From Promethearchaeia archaeon (GTDB lineage Archaea; Asgardarchaeota; Lokiarchaeia; Sigyniarchaeales; SOKP01), in contig JAWOFX010000050.1 of the NCBI GenBank assembly GCA_046497275.1, positions 8,937 through 40,936 of the forward strand: a stretch of 32,000 bases of DNA, given 5' to 3'. Position numbers and translations under genes: made by a program. Below are positions 18,672 through 28,647 of the stretch, piece by piece. The stretch's first letter is position 1. Each line of letters starts with the position of its first letter. The notes beneath the pieces were generated by a model. That model saw nothing but the letters and a program-made list of their open reading frames with translations, had not been told where the DNA came from and made no database searches.

Positions 18672-19796
18672 ATGGAATATATTAAGTATGGTATAGCTGG
18701 TTTGGGTGGAGCTTGGATGTTTCATAGTGCAGGTGCGAGATATAATGATAAAATAAAATTTATCTCCGCATTTGATATAGACGAACGAAAACTCAAAAAA
18801 GCTTCAAGAATCTATAACATAGAATATTATATGGATTATGATGAATTCCTGAAAAGTGATATAGATGCTGTTTTGATAATGGTCCCTCATTTTCTACATG
18901 AAGAATTCGTTATAAGAGCCGCGAAAGCGGGAAAACATGTGCTCTGCGAAAAACCGATGGCAAGAACTTTAGAGGAATGCGATAACATGATAAATACAAC
19001 TGAAAATGCTGGTGTAAAATTCATGATTGCAGAAAATCATCGATTTCTGCCCGCTCACAAATATATCGCAAATGCGGTACGACAAGGATTACTAGGAGAT
19101 ATATTTTTAATTCGAGCATATGAAGGAGTAAATGAAATACCAGGTTTAATGGATCCCGATTTATGGAAAGGGGATCCTATAAAAGCAGGAGGAGGTTCTC
19201 TTATGGATATGGGAGTACATAAATTTGCGACAATTCAGTGGATATTGAGCGATAACGTGGATTCTGCTTATAGCTGGATAACTAAACAATGCACTACCCT
19301 TGAAGCAAAGGCTGAAGATAATGCGATGGTTTATCTGAAATATAAGAAGGGAACTATAGTAGACATAGTTCTTAGTTTCACTGTGATATCTCCTCCAACA
19401 AACTCTTTGGAAGTATATGGAACAAAGGGAACAATCATAGAAAATCATATGTGGGAAAATCCAGTTCAAATTAATTCTACTCATGAGGCAATGGGAAAAA
19501 ATAAAGGCATTTGGTTTGAACCAAAAATCGAGCATGAGCCTTTTCCTAAATATTATGAAATTTCATCCCGTATAGAAGACACATACTTTACTGATTGCAT
19601 TTTAAACGATAAAAAACCTGAGTTTACTCCAGAACAAGCAAGACAAGCCGTTGCAACCGTACTTTTAGCTTATTTATCTGCTATAAAAAACAGAACAGTT
19701 TCATATAGAGAATTGATGGAAATATATAAAACAGAAGGTACTAAAACTATTTTAAATGGAATTAACAATGTTATTCAAAACAATTGCCCAGAATAA
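18672..19796 (+). CDS. Gfo/Idh/MocA family oxidoreductase
   Basis: GIAGLG, VPHFLH, GKHVLCEKPM, AENHRF, GGG.LMDMGVH, EDNA. Confidence 0.9.
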   Translation: MEYIKYGIAGLGGAWMFHSAGARYNDKIKFISAFDIDERKLKKASRIYNIEYYMDYDEFLKSDIDAVLIMVPHFLHEEFVIRAAKAGKHVLCEKPMARTLEECDNMINTTENAGVKFMIAENHRFLPAHKYIANAVRQGLLGDIFLIRAYEGVNEIPGLMDPDLWKGDPIKAGGGSLMDMGVHKFATIQWILSDNVDSAYSWITKQCTTLEAKAEDNAMVYLKYKKGTIVDIVLSFTVISPPTNSLEVYGTKGTIIENHMWENPVQINSTHEAMGKNKGIWFEPKIEHEPFPKYYEISSRIEDTYFTDCILNDKKPEFTPEQARQAVATVLLAYLSAIKNRTVSYRELMEIYKTEGTKTILNGINNVIQNNCPE

Positions 19797-19895
19797 CATT
19801 TTTGGCTATAAGAGACTGATTTTCACCCTTAAATAATTTCTAAGATTCTAATTCTAATCTTTAGCAAGGGGTCGTGAAAAAAAGAAAAAATTTTA

Positions 19896-20861
19896 TTATA
19901 TAATTAAATTAAGTGGAAAGTATAATAAAATTGCTAAAATAGCTGCCATTGGAAAAGTGAGGATCCAAATAGTTACAATCCTCCATAAACCCCCTTTTTG
20001 AGGCGCTCTTCTTGCTTTCGCTAAACCAATAAGAGATGCAACTAACATATGAGATCCTGAAAGAGGAATCCCTAAGAATGTTCCAACGAAAAGGATAACA
20101 GCCGTGGGAACTTGACTCGCAAATGCAGAACTTGGAACTAGTTCTGTAATATTACCTACACTTTTTATGACTCTTCTGCCTAGAACAACAATCCCAATCG
20201 AAAAGCTTACTCCTGCTATAATTAAAACGAAATCTACATTGATTAATAAACCAACTACTATACCTGCGGCGTTTGATACATCATTTCCCGCTCTCGAAAA
20301 CGCTGTAAGGCAGATAACCCCTAGCAATATATATGAAAATATCTTTTCTGTTCTTTCAAAATCTTTAAAACCATCTAATTTACTGATAACACTCTTATGG
20401 ATCAACTTATAAACAATATAAGTTGCCACGAAACCTATAATAGGGGATAATAGCCACCAGAAACTCATTTCTAAAATCGTTATCCAGTTTACACCGCCAA
20501 ATCCACCTATTAATATTCCAACACCCATAATACTTCCAATTGTTGAATGCGTAGTAGAAATTGGAGCTCCTAAAGCGGAGGAAACTATTAACCAAATAGA
20601 AGTAGATATCAATATAGTAAGAACAATTGAATAAGAAACTTCAAAAGTTAGTAAATCTTTGCCGACTGTTTCGCTCACACCTCTTCCTAATATAAATGCT
20701 CCTGCTATTGCTAAGATGCTGCCAAGTATTAGTAATTCCTTCATTGTAAGTGTTCTGGAGCCATGAATTGTTGCAAATGTTTCATCATTTGCACCTATCG
20801 CAAATGAGATAAATATAGAGATAATAATGAAAACAGCGATAATTGGGACGCTAATAGCCAT
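19896..20861 (-). CDS. Inorganic phosphate transporter (PiT family)
   Basis: AIGAND, GAPISTTH..IG, GNDV.NA.G, GIPLS.SH. Confidence 0.88.
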   Translation of the reverse strand: MAISVPIIAVFIIISIFISFAIGANDETFATIHGSRTLTMKELLILGSILAIAGAFILGRGVSETVGKDLLTFEVSYSIVLTILISTSIWLIVSSALGAPISTTHSTIGSIMGVGILIGGFGGVNWITILEMSFWWLLSPIIGFVATYIVYKLIHKSVISKLDGFKDFERTEKIFSYILLGVICLTAFSRAGNDVSNAAGIVVGLLINVDFVLIIAGVSFSIGIVVLGRRVIKSVGNITELVPSSAFASQVPTAVILFVGTFLGIPLSGSHMLVASLIGLAKARRAPQKGGLWRIVTIWILTFPMAAILAILLYFPLNLII

Positions 20862-20878
20862 AATATAATCATCTCCAA

Positions 20879-21517
20879 TTATCTAGTAGGATATTTTATT
20901 ATCAGGCCCCTAAGATAATCAGCAATATCTTCTATCCAAGCAATAACATCATAAATATTATTGACTAATTTCGAAGTTAATAGAACTCTGGTTGGCTCCT
21001 CGGTTTTTTTATAAATATTTCCGAGTAAACTGTATCTTAAATCTCTCGCATCTCTCCTAATTCTTTCTATTTCTAAAGTTTTATCAAACGCTCCATCGAA
21101 ATCTGTTTCCATTAACTCTAAGGTCTCTGTAAGATGATTGATTAAAATATAACATGTATCACACATTATTTCAAAATCTTCTGAGATATCTTCGTAAAGA
21201 TCAAAAGGATAAATCTTTAAAAACCGCGAAATAAATTCCATTTTGCCTAATGCTTCGTCAACTAATGTAATTATTTTATATCGATCCTCCACTAAAAATG
21301 GAAGCGCTCTTTTATCTTGAAATAACACTTTAATATAACTTTCTTTAATACGATCACATTTATGTTCGGCATCAATTACTCCATCTAATTTACTTTTATC
21401 TAACTTTTCATTTATAAAATCTTTCATAAGATTATTTAATAATTCTGCTCCTTTCAAAAACTCATCACGATATTCAGCAAATATTTCATCTATACTTTTT
21501 TCATCTTTATTTTTCAT
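20879..21517 (-). CDS. DUF47 / PhoU-like phosphate transport regulator
   Basis: EHKCD.IK...LF....PF..EDR and IE..RD repeats. All-helical. Immediately upstream of pit. Confidence 0.88.
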   Translation of the reverse strand: MKNKDEKSIDEIFAEYRDEFLKGAELLNNLMKDFINEKLDKSKLDGVIDAEHKCDRIKESYIKVLFQDKRALPFLVEDRYKIITLVDEALGKMEFISRFLKIYPFDLYEDISEDFEIMCDTCYILINHLTETLELMETDFDGAFDKTLEIERIRRDARDLRYSLLGNIYKKTEEPTRVLLTSKLVNNIYDVIAWIEDIADYLRGLIIKYPTR

Positions 21518-21665
21518 TTTAAAGTCCTTTTTTTTACTAAATAAATATATAGAGATATATATTCTACTTTTAAAAAGATTTTGTTACAATTCTGCTGAAT
21601 TTAATTATACCCTACAAAGCGTAAAAGTATCAGAGGAATAGAAGCTGTGGCTTAGATAAACATAT

Positions 21666-22811
21666 TCACGGATATCCTAATGATAAATAAGTAGGTATAA
21701 AAATCGGTTTTCTTATTTTCATAGAATTATTCTTTTTTTCCAAAATTTTAATCATAAATACACTCCCTTTTAGTTTCAGAAAACCTAGTTTGGAAAAACC
21801 CCTACTTAGAAAGTGATCCTTAATGTCTCCATAATATAGTAAAATTCCTAAGTTTCGAGATATCGCAGCCTTCATGATTTTATCAATTAAATACGATAAG
21901 GTTAAACTTCCTAATTTTTTATTCGAAATAATTTCTCGAGACAAAAATATTTCATGAATTATACCAATTTTGAGCTTAAAATTGAATTTTGAAATATATA
22001 CGTACTCATGAGTTATAGTTGCTCCACCTATTATCTTTTTTCTCTTTTTAACAAATATATAACTTGGGATTTCCCTTTTATATGGGACATTAATTCTTGC
22101 CCAATTTAATTTATGTTTCGAATATTTAGAAAAGAACTCATAAGATTTTGGCATTAATGAGTTTAGTTCTTTTTTATATTGATGATGTTTTTTACCATGA
22201 GTAATCTCAAAATTAAAATCTCTAAAGAAAGGATTAAACTTAACATTAAAATTTAAAATAATTCTGGGTATAAATGAAATTAATGCGATAAGTGGAGCAA
22301 ATGGCAATAGGAAAATGACATTTTTGAGGAGATTAAGAAGGTGTGGAAAATTAATATAGATTTTCAAATTAGTAAAATCCTGAAAGCCTTTTTTTAGATA
22401 TATTTTATTTCTAGCAATACTATCTGATCCAGTTATTAGGAAAGCTAACTCACATCCTTTTTGTTCCATATACTCGATTGCCTTTTTCATTAGATTGGTA
22501 GCAATTCCTCTTTTAGTATAATCTGGGTGGCATGAAATATCATTAATATTTCCAACAAGATATTCTTTCCCTTTTATCAGAATTTTTTCGACTGGATTTA
22601 CATATACAGCTCCCACAATCTTTTTCTTTACCTTATCTTCTGCTATTTGAACCATTTCAGGTTCAAACTGAGGTGAATCCATATATCTCCAAGTAAGAGA
22701 TCTTTGAGTTCGAATAAGGCTTTTTCCGTTCATTTGGAAAGCTTTCATGAATAAAACAGTCAATTGATATTCATCTCCTCTCTGATAATGCCTATATATG
22801 ATATTCCTCAT
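21666..22811 (-). CDS. GNAT family N-acetyltransferase (probable tandem GNAT)
   Basis: Acetyl-CoA motif DISCHPDYTKRGIA..LM, Y.K.GF, and a second degenerate GNAT half ending F.KLGF. Confidence 0.78.
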   Translation of the reverse strand: MRNIIYRHYQRGDEYQLTVLFMKAFQMNGKSLIRTQRSLTWRYMDSPQFEPEMVQIAEDKVKKKIVGAVYVNPVEKILIKGKEYLVGNINDISCHPDYTKRGIATNLMKKAIEYMEQKGCELAFLITGSDSIARNKIYLKKGFQDFTNLKIYINFPHLLNLLKNVIFLLPFAPLIALISFIPRIILNFNVKFNPFFRDFNFEITHGKKHHQYKKELNSLMPKSYEFFSKYSKHKLNWARINVPYKREIPSYIFVKKRKKIIGGATITHEYVYISKFNFKLKIGIIHEIFLSREIISNKKLGSLTLSYLIDKIMKAAISRNLGILLYYGDIKDHFLSRGFSKLGFLKLKGSVFMIKILEKKNNSMKIRKPIFIPTYLSLGYP

Positions 22812-22906
22812 TTATCTCAAATCTTTATTACGATTGAAATATTAAAATTTTTATACTTATAACTATATTTAGAATATTAAATAATAAATTAAGCGAACTG
22901 AGATAG

Positions 22907-23260
22907 ATGAGTGATAATATAACTTCGGTATTAGATTCATTAAAAGCTATAAAAGGAGTGCATGGAGCAGCACTGATTGAAAAATTTGGTCTCATAAAAG
23001 GTAGTGCCTTACCCGGCTGGGTTGACCCCGAAGCAGTCGCCGCAATGGTGACGCTTATTCTAAAAGCATCTCAAAGAGCAACCAAAGAATTAGAACAAGG
23101 TAAATTTAATAACGCAATCATCGAAAGTGAAAACGGAAAGATTCTATTTACTGAAATTAAGGGCAATATTTTAACTATTATAACCACGGTTGATGCTAAG
23201 CTTGGAATTATCAATCTTAAACTTGGTGCGGCATCTAAATCATTAGCTGCACAAATATAA
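22907..23260 (+). CDS. Roadblock/LC7 (MglB-like) domain protein
   Basis: 117 aa. L..L....GV.GAA.....GL...S, ..AAM...I......EL..G......IE...G.I, ...LG.I pattern. Confidence 0.9.
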   Translation: MSDNITSVLDSLKAIKGVHGAALIEKFGLIKGSALPGWVDPEAVAAMVTLILKASQRATKELEQGKFNNAIIESENGKILFTEIKGNILTIITTVDAKLGIINLKLGAASKSLAAQI

Positions 23261-23262
23261 TC

Positions 23263-23270
23263 TTTTTTTT
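23263..23270 (+). terminator. Oligo-T putative terminator
   Basis: T8 run 2 nt after the roadblock stop, in a convergent gap. Confidence 0.35.
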
Positions 23271-23328
23271 CTATTCTTAATTTTTCTTACTAACGCTATA
23301 TTTAATTCTTTGCTTAATCATTAACAAA

Positions 23329-23964
23329 TTAAGAATAAGGAACTATTATTAAGAATTCATAAGAGATGGATATAGTAAAATAAGAAATAAAAATAATACA
23401 TAATATCAATATTATCCACCACTTTAGAAATATTGGCACTTTTTTTTGGTAATCACTATATTGCTCCTTAAATGTTTTTCCTATTGAATAAATTTCTTCA
23501 ATTTTTGCTGTTGCGATATAAATGAGAATGATGATTGGAGATAATATTAAACTATCAAGTGCTCCTATTTCAAAGATTAACCCGTAGAAAATTAACATAT
23601 GACCTAAGTAAATCGGATGTCTTGAAAATCCATAAGCACCTTTAGTAAGTAATTTATCCATTTCCTGAGCACCTAAACCTCGTTTTTTTATAAAAAGCCA
23701 GATAAATATTAAAAACCCTGATATTATTAAAATCTGCCCTACAAAATTCAATATAAGCATCCCTTCTCCGACCAATTTTGCTTGAGGAGAGAATGGTATT
23801 AAAAAGAAGATGAATATTATCCAACCTATAACAGTTAAAAGGTTAAAGAGGGAATTATCAAGTATTTTTTTAAAATATTTAATATTCTCTTTTTTAATGA
23901 CCATTATTTGTATAACACACCAAATAGCAAGCCATATAAGTAGAAAAGTTATTGGAAATATCAT
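23329..23964 (-). CDS. Isoprenylcysteine carboxyl methyltransferase (ICMT/PEMT) family membrane protein
   Basis: L.T.G.Y..SRHP.Y.G, EE, F.E.Y..Y..KVP motifs in a multi-TM protein. Confidence 0.82.
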   Translation of the reverse strand: MIFPITFLLIWLAIWCVIQIMVIKKENIKYFKKILDNSLFNLLTVIGWIIFIFFLIPFSPQAKLVGEGMLILNFVGQILIISGFLIFIWLFIKKRGLGAQEMDKLLTKGAYGFSRHPIYLGHMLIFYGLIFEIGALDSLILSPIIILIYIATAKIEEIYSIGKTFKEQYSDYQKKVPIFLKWWIILILCIIFISYFTISISYEFLIIVPYS

Positions 23965-24132
23965 TTTATTTTCTGAAGAGGATTATCTTGCTATAATAAT
24001 GATTAGATTCAATTTAAGAATGTTTTATATTAATTCATACATACCAAAATATAAAAAATAATTATAGTCCGATTTTTAACTTCAACCAACTAAAATCTCG
24101 TCTATATAGCGTGATAAATAAAAATGGATAAA

Positions 24133-25593
24133 TTAGAGATGATCTTCTATTTTATCAATAAGTAAATCTCTTGTAATTCCAGGATCTGCGGTACCATGTG
24201 TTTTTGCCATGCATTTCCCAATCAAAGCCTCCAAAGCTCTTGGATTCTCTTTATAATCCTTTATAATTTCTGGATTTTCTTCTAAAACCAGATTCACAAT
24301 ATTCTTTAGCTGTTCTTTATCAGCTAACCGTTTTTTGCCACTCTCTTTTATAATTTGTTCAACTGATTTGCCGTACATTAGCTTATCAACAAAACTTTTT
24401 GCAATCTTACCTGTGATTTCTCCCTCTTTTATTTTCTCTATAAGAATTGCTAATTCTTCTGGTTTCAATTTTGTTTCGGTTATACTTTTATTTTTAAAAT
24501 TTAACCACCGAGATATATCAGACATTAACCAATTACAATACATTTTATATTCTTCTGTTCCAAAATTCTTCATTGAATGAATCCCTTTTTCATAAAAATC
24601 TGCAATATTTTTATCTAAAACCAAAATCTCGGAATCATGGTCTGATAAATTATATTCCTTTTGAAATCTATTCATACGAGCATTTGGCATTTCTGGAAGC
24701 TTTTCATTGACCTTTTTTATAAACTTTTGATCAATCTTAATAGGAACTAAATCTTGTTCTGGAAAATATCGATAATCTTTTTCGAATTCTTTGGTTCTTA
24801 ATCCTATTGTTATTCTTCTATCATCATCCCAATGACGTGTTTCTTGGATTAATTCTTTTCCTCGCTTTATCATATTTTTCTGACGTTGTATTTCCCATTT
24901 TAGCGCTCGTTCAACTTCCTTAAAACTATTAATATTTTTTACTTCACTTCGAGGATAACCTTTAATTGAGATATTCGCATCCACACGCACAGACCCCTCT
25001 AAATCTAAATCAGCAATTCCAGTATATTGTACAATAGATTTTAAATGGTTTAAAAATTCTCTCGCTTCCTTGGGAGATTTAATTACTGGTTGGGTGACTA
25101 TTTCTATTAAGGTTGTTCCAGATCTGTTATAATCTACAAGAGTGTAGGGTGAGGTCGCTATGCTGCCCTTATGTACCAATCTTGCCGGATCTTCCTCAAG
25201 ATGAATCCTGTCTAATAATATATCCTTCTTTTTTCCATTACCCCTTAATGTTATATGTCCTCCATCACCGAGTGCTTTCCCTCCTGCTTTATTATATTGG
25301 GTAATTTGATAGCCCTTCGGGAGGTCTGGGTAAAAGTAATTTTTTCTAAAAAACCAAAACTTTTCATTAATATTACATTCTAATGCAAGAGCTAATCTGG
25401 TAGCAAATTCTATTGCCTTTTTATTTAATACAGGGAGAGCCCCTGGGAGTCCTAAACAAATGGGACAAATTAAACTATTAGGTTCCTTTCCGCGATAGTC
25501 AGAACTACAGCTACAAAATAATTTTGTCTTTAAATTTGTTAACTGTATGTGTATCTCTAAACCAATAACAATATCATCTCTATTATCGTTCAT
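24133..25593 (-). CDS. gatB: Asp-tRNA(Asn)/Glu-tRNA(Gln) amidotransferase subunit B
   Basis: GLEIH.QL, KLFC, PG.LP.LN, RKNYFYPDLPKGYQITQ, HLEED, DYNRSG..LIEIVT, GSVRVDANIS, EVKN.NS, YRYFPE.DL. No GatE-type insertion. Confidence 0.96.
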   Translation of the reverse strand: MNDNRDDIVIGLEIHIQLTNLKTKLFCSCSSDYRGKEPNSLICPICLGLPGALPVLNKKAIEFATRLALALECNINEKFWFFRKNYFYPDLPKGYQITQYNKAGGKALGDGGHITLRGNGKKKDILLDRIHLEEDPARLVHKGSIATSPYTLVDYNRSGTTLIEIVTQPVIKSPKEAREFLNHLKSIVQYTGIADLDLEGSVRVDANISIKGYPRSEVKNINSFKEVERALKWEIQRQKNMIKRGKELIQETRHWDDDRRITIGLRTKEFEKDYRYFPEQDLVPIKIDQKFIKKVNEKLPEMPNARMNRFQKEYNLSDHDSEILVLDKNIADFYEKGIHSMKNFGTEEYKMYCNWLMSDISRWLNFKNKSITETKLKPEELAILIEKIKEGEITGKIAKSFVDKLMYGKSVEQIIKESGKKRLADKEQLKNIVNLVLEENPEIIKDYKENPRALEALIGKCMAKTHGTADPGITRDLLIDKIEDHL

Positions 25594-25594
25594 A

Positions 25595-27079
25595 TTAGTT
25601 TCCTCCTTGTTCTACTATAGGTGGCATTTCACGGTAAATATCTAATTTCTGTTCTAACTTATATCCTACATTCAAAATGTCATTTTCTTCAAAATAATTT
25701 CCAATAATTTGAAATCCTATTGGTAAATTATTTAAATCAAATCCACATGGAATCGATAAGGCTGGTAATCCAGCTAAATTTACGGGACAAGTCAATATAT
25801 CCATCAAATACATTTGTAATGGGTCATCTACTAATTCACCAATTTTAAAAGCAGTGGTTGGCATTGTGGGTGAGACGATAATATCGCATTCTTCAAACGA
25901 ATTTTGGAAATCTTTTCGAATTAAGCTGCGAACTTTAAGAGCTTTAATGTAAAACATATCATAGTATCCAGCAGATAAAGCATATGTTCCTAATATGATT
26001 CTTTTTCTTACTTCGTCTCCAAATTTTTCAGATCTTGTACGGCTAAAATTTTCATATACATCTGCTTTAGTTTTTTTAACCATTTTTCCATATCTTAACC
26101 CGTCAAATCGAGATAAATTAGAACTAGCCTCGCTCATGGCAATTAGATAATATGTTGGGATAGAATATTCTAAATGAGGAAAAGATAAATCAATTGTTTG
26201 TGCTCCTAGATTTTCAAGATCTTTAATCGCATTTTGAACCTTATTTTTTACGGTTTTATCAACTCCCTCCCCAAAAAATTCTTCAGGAATCCCTACTTTT
26301 TTCCCTTCAATTGATTTTTCTAATTCATTTGAATAATTATCTACTTTTATATCCACAGTAGTCGAATCAAGTGGATCATCACCAGCCATAATTTCTAAGA
26401 GTAATGCAGCATCCTTTACACACCGAGTAATAGGACCAATCACATCTAAAGAATTAGCATACGCAATTAGACCATACCTAGAAACTCGTCCATATGTTGG
26501 TTTTAACCCTACCACTCCACAATAAGATGCAGGAGCTCTAATACTTCCTCCAGTATCACTACCTAATGCAAATATAGATTGCCCGGCTGAGACGCAAGAT
26601 CCCGAACCTCCACTTGATCCACCAGGGACCCGTTTTAAATCCCAAGGATTATAAGTAGGGCCATAGCAACTATTTTCTGTCGATGATCCCATAGCAAATT
26701 CATCCATATTAGTTCTTCCAATGCATATTCCATCTTCTTGTTCAAGTAATTTTTCTGAAACTGTGGCATGATATGGTGGTCTGTATCCCTCGAGGATTTT
26801 AGAGCAGCAAGTAGTAGGACTATTCTTTACACAAATAACATCTTTAATAGCGATAGGAAGTCCGTAAAGCTTTCCCAACTTTTTCCCATTTCTGATTTGA
26901 TTATCTAGATCTTTCCCTTTCTCAAGTGCTTTTTTCTTCTCCAAATGAACGAAAGAATGTAAACTATCTTCAGTCAGATTAATGTGTTGAAAAGTTTGTT
27001 CTAAAATCTCTGATATAGTTATCTCTTTATTTTTTATTTTTTCAATTAGTTCGTAACCCATGTAATCGATGATTTTCAT
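25595..27079 (-). CDS. gatA: Amidotransferase subunit A (amidase signature)
   Basis: IAIKD, NMDEFAMGSS.ENS, PGGSSGGS, GSDTGGSIR.PA, KPTYGRVSRYGL, SNLSRFDG.RYG, RIILGTYALSAGY. Confidence 0.96.
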   Translation of the reverse strand: MKIIDYMGYELIEKIKNKEITISEILEQTFQHINLTEDSLHSFVHLEKKKALEKGKDLDNQIRNGKKLGKLYGLPIAIKDVICVKNSPTTCCSKILEGYRPPYHATVSEKLLEQEDGICIGRTNMDEFAMGSSTENSCYGPTYNPWDLKRVPGGSSGGSGSCVSAGQSIFALGSDTGGSIRAPASYCGVVGLKPTYGRVSRYGLIAYANSLDVIGPITRCVKDAALLLEIMAGDDPLDSTTVDIKVDNYSNELEKSIEGKKVGIPEEFFGEGVDKTVKNKVQNAIKDLENLGAQTIDLSFPHLEYSIPTYYLIAMSEASSNLSRFDGLRYGKMVKKTKADVYENFSRTRSEKFGDEVRKRIILGTYALSAGYYDMFYIKALKVRSLIRKDFQNSFEECDIIVSPTMPTTAFKIGELVDDPLQMYLMDILTCPVNLAGLPALSIPCGFDLNNLPIGFQIIGNYFEENDILNVGYKLEQKLDIYREMPPIVEQGGN

Positions 27080-27225
27080 TGATGATACCTAATTTTTAAT
27101 GATTTAGAGTGAATTCTGTATATTTTAATTACTATTATAAATTTTATATTTCTAAAAAATATGATTGAAAAAATATCTTAAAATGAGTTTAATCGTAATA
27201 TCAACAAAAATTCAAGATAGAATTA

Positions 27226-28533
27226 TTAAGGTTCTTTTCTATCCATCGTCCTTGGAAATGGAATAGCATCTTTTATGTTATCTAATCCACATATCCAAGA
27301 TACAACTCGCTCTACTCCTACTCCATAGCCTGAATGAGGAACACTTCCATATTTTCGTAGATCAAAGTACCAATCATAATTCTGAGGGTCTTCTCCTTCT
27401 GATTTTAATCGTTTCTCCATATTTTCGATGGATAAACTTCTTTGAGATCCCCCGATAATTTCACAATACCCTTCAGGGGCAATCATATCGAAGCATAATG
27501 CCTCTTCTGGATTTTCTTCACTTGGAGGTTTATAAAATCCCATGATCTCTGTAGGATAATGAGTGACTACGACCGGTACATTAAAATGTTCTGCTAATGT
27601 TTTCTCTTCTATAGTTCGTAAATCTTTTCCCCAAGGTACATCCATTTCATAGTTTTTATTAAGAATCTCTAATGCTTCATTATATTTTATAGTTGGATAT
27701 TCTGTTTCGACATAATTTTCTAAAATCGAAATATTTCGCTCTAATAATTCTAAATCCTTCTTATTATTCTCTAATACTTTTTTTATGATAAAGCGTATTT
27801 CATCCTTAGCTACTTCGGTAACTTCATCAAGTTCCATCCAGGCTGCTTCCATTTCTGCCATCCAAAATTCTGAAAGATGCCTTGAGGTACTTGATTTTTC
27901 AGCTCTGAAAGTTGGTCCCATATTATATATCTTTCCTAATGAAAAAATACCTGCTTCAGCATATAATTGCCATGATTGACTTAAATAGACTATATCTTCA
28001 AAATAATCCACCTTAAATAAGGTAGCGCCACCTTCAGACATCATAGGTTGAAAAATTGGAGCATCAAATTCATAATATCCTCTACCTCTAAAAAATTCAT
28101 GAATCGCTCCGACTATAGTATGCCTAATTTTAAGAATGGCATTTATTTTTCTTGATCTGAGCCATAAATGACGATTTTCTAATAATAATTCTATAGATTG
28201 ATATTCAGTAATTGGAAAGGGTTCTGCAATTTGAATTATCTCTAAATGCTTGACTCCGACTTCATAACCAGTGGGAGCTCGATTATCTTCTCTCATCTCA
28301 CCACTTAGTGTGATTGATGATTCAATTGTTAGAGATTGCGCTTCCTCGAAAAGATCGGGGGTATTACTTTTCTTAATGACACACTGAATTATATCTGATT
28401 CATCTCTTAAGACAATAAATGTGAATTTATTGGATTTTCGTTCTCGATAAACCCACCCCCTTAAATGAACTTCTTTTTCCTCTGGAAACTTCCTTATTGC
28501 TTCTTCAATCGTCGTATATTTAGAATCCTTCAT
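27226..28533 (-). CDS. asnS: Asparagine--tRNA ligase (archaeal type)
   Basis: OB-fold RGWV...F..LRD, RHLWLRS, EGGATLF, YLSQSWQLYAE, FRAEKS.T.RHL.EFW, APEGY.EIIGGSQR, YGSVPHSG.G.GVER. These match AsnRS rather than AspRS (which typically reads QSPQLYKQ). Confidence 0.9.
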   Translation of the reverse strand: MKDSKYTTIEEAIRKFPEEKEVHLRGWVYRERKSNKFTFIVLRDESDIIQCVIKKSNTPDLFEEAQSLTIESSITLSGEMREDNRAPTGYEVGVKHLEIIQIAEPFPITEYQSIELLLENRHLWLRSRKINAILKIRHTIVGAIHEFFRGRGYYEFDAPIFQPMMSEGGATLFKVDYFEDIVYLSQSWQLYAEAGIFSLGKIYNMGPTFRAEKSSTSRHLSEFWMAEMEAAWMELDEVTEVAKDEIRFIIKKVLENNKKDLELLERNISILENYVETEYPTIKYNEALEILNKNYEMDVPWGKDLRTIEEKTLAEHFNVPVVVTHYPTEIMGFYKPPSEENPEEALCFDMIAPEGYCEIIGGSQRSLSIENMEKRLKSEGEDPQNYDWYFDLRKYGSVPHSGYGVGVERVVSWICGLDNIKDAIPFPRTMDRKEP

Positions 28534-28647
28534 AATTCTATTAAAAAAGTGTTAGAAACTTTAAAAAAATGTCTTTTTTGGATTATATTGATTAAATAAT
28601 ATCAGATTAACTAATTGATTTCATAAAAAAGAAAAAATGACAGATTA

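Noticed and set aside
23329-23964. ICMT-like gene next to the roadblock gene as a sign of eukaryote-like CaaX processing
   Set aside because: The ICMT/PEMT family is widespread in prokaryotes, the genes are convergent, and no prenyltransferase or CaaX-ending substrate is seen in the window.
27080-27225. Possible hidden gatC between asnS and gatA
   Set aside because: The gap is only 146 bp and AT-rich, too short for a roughly 70-100 aa GatC.
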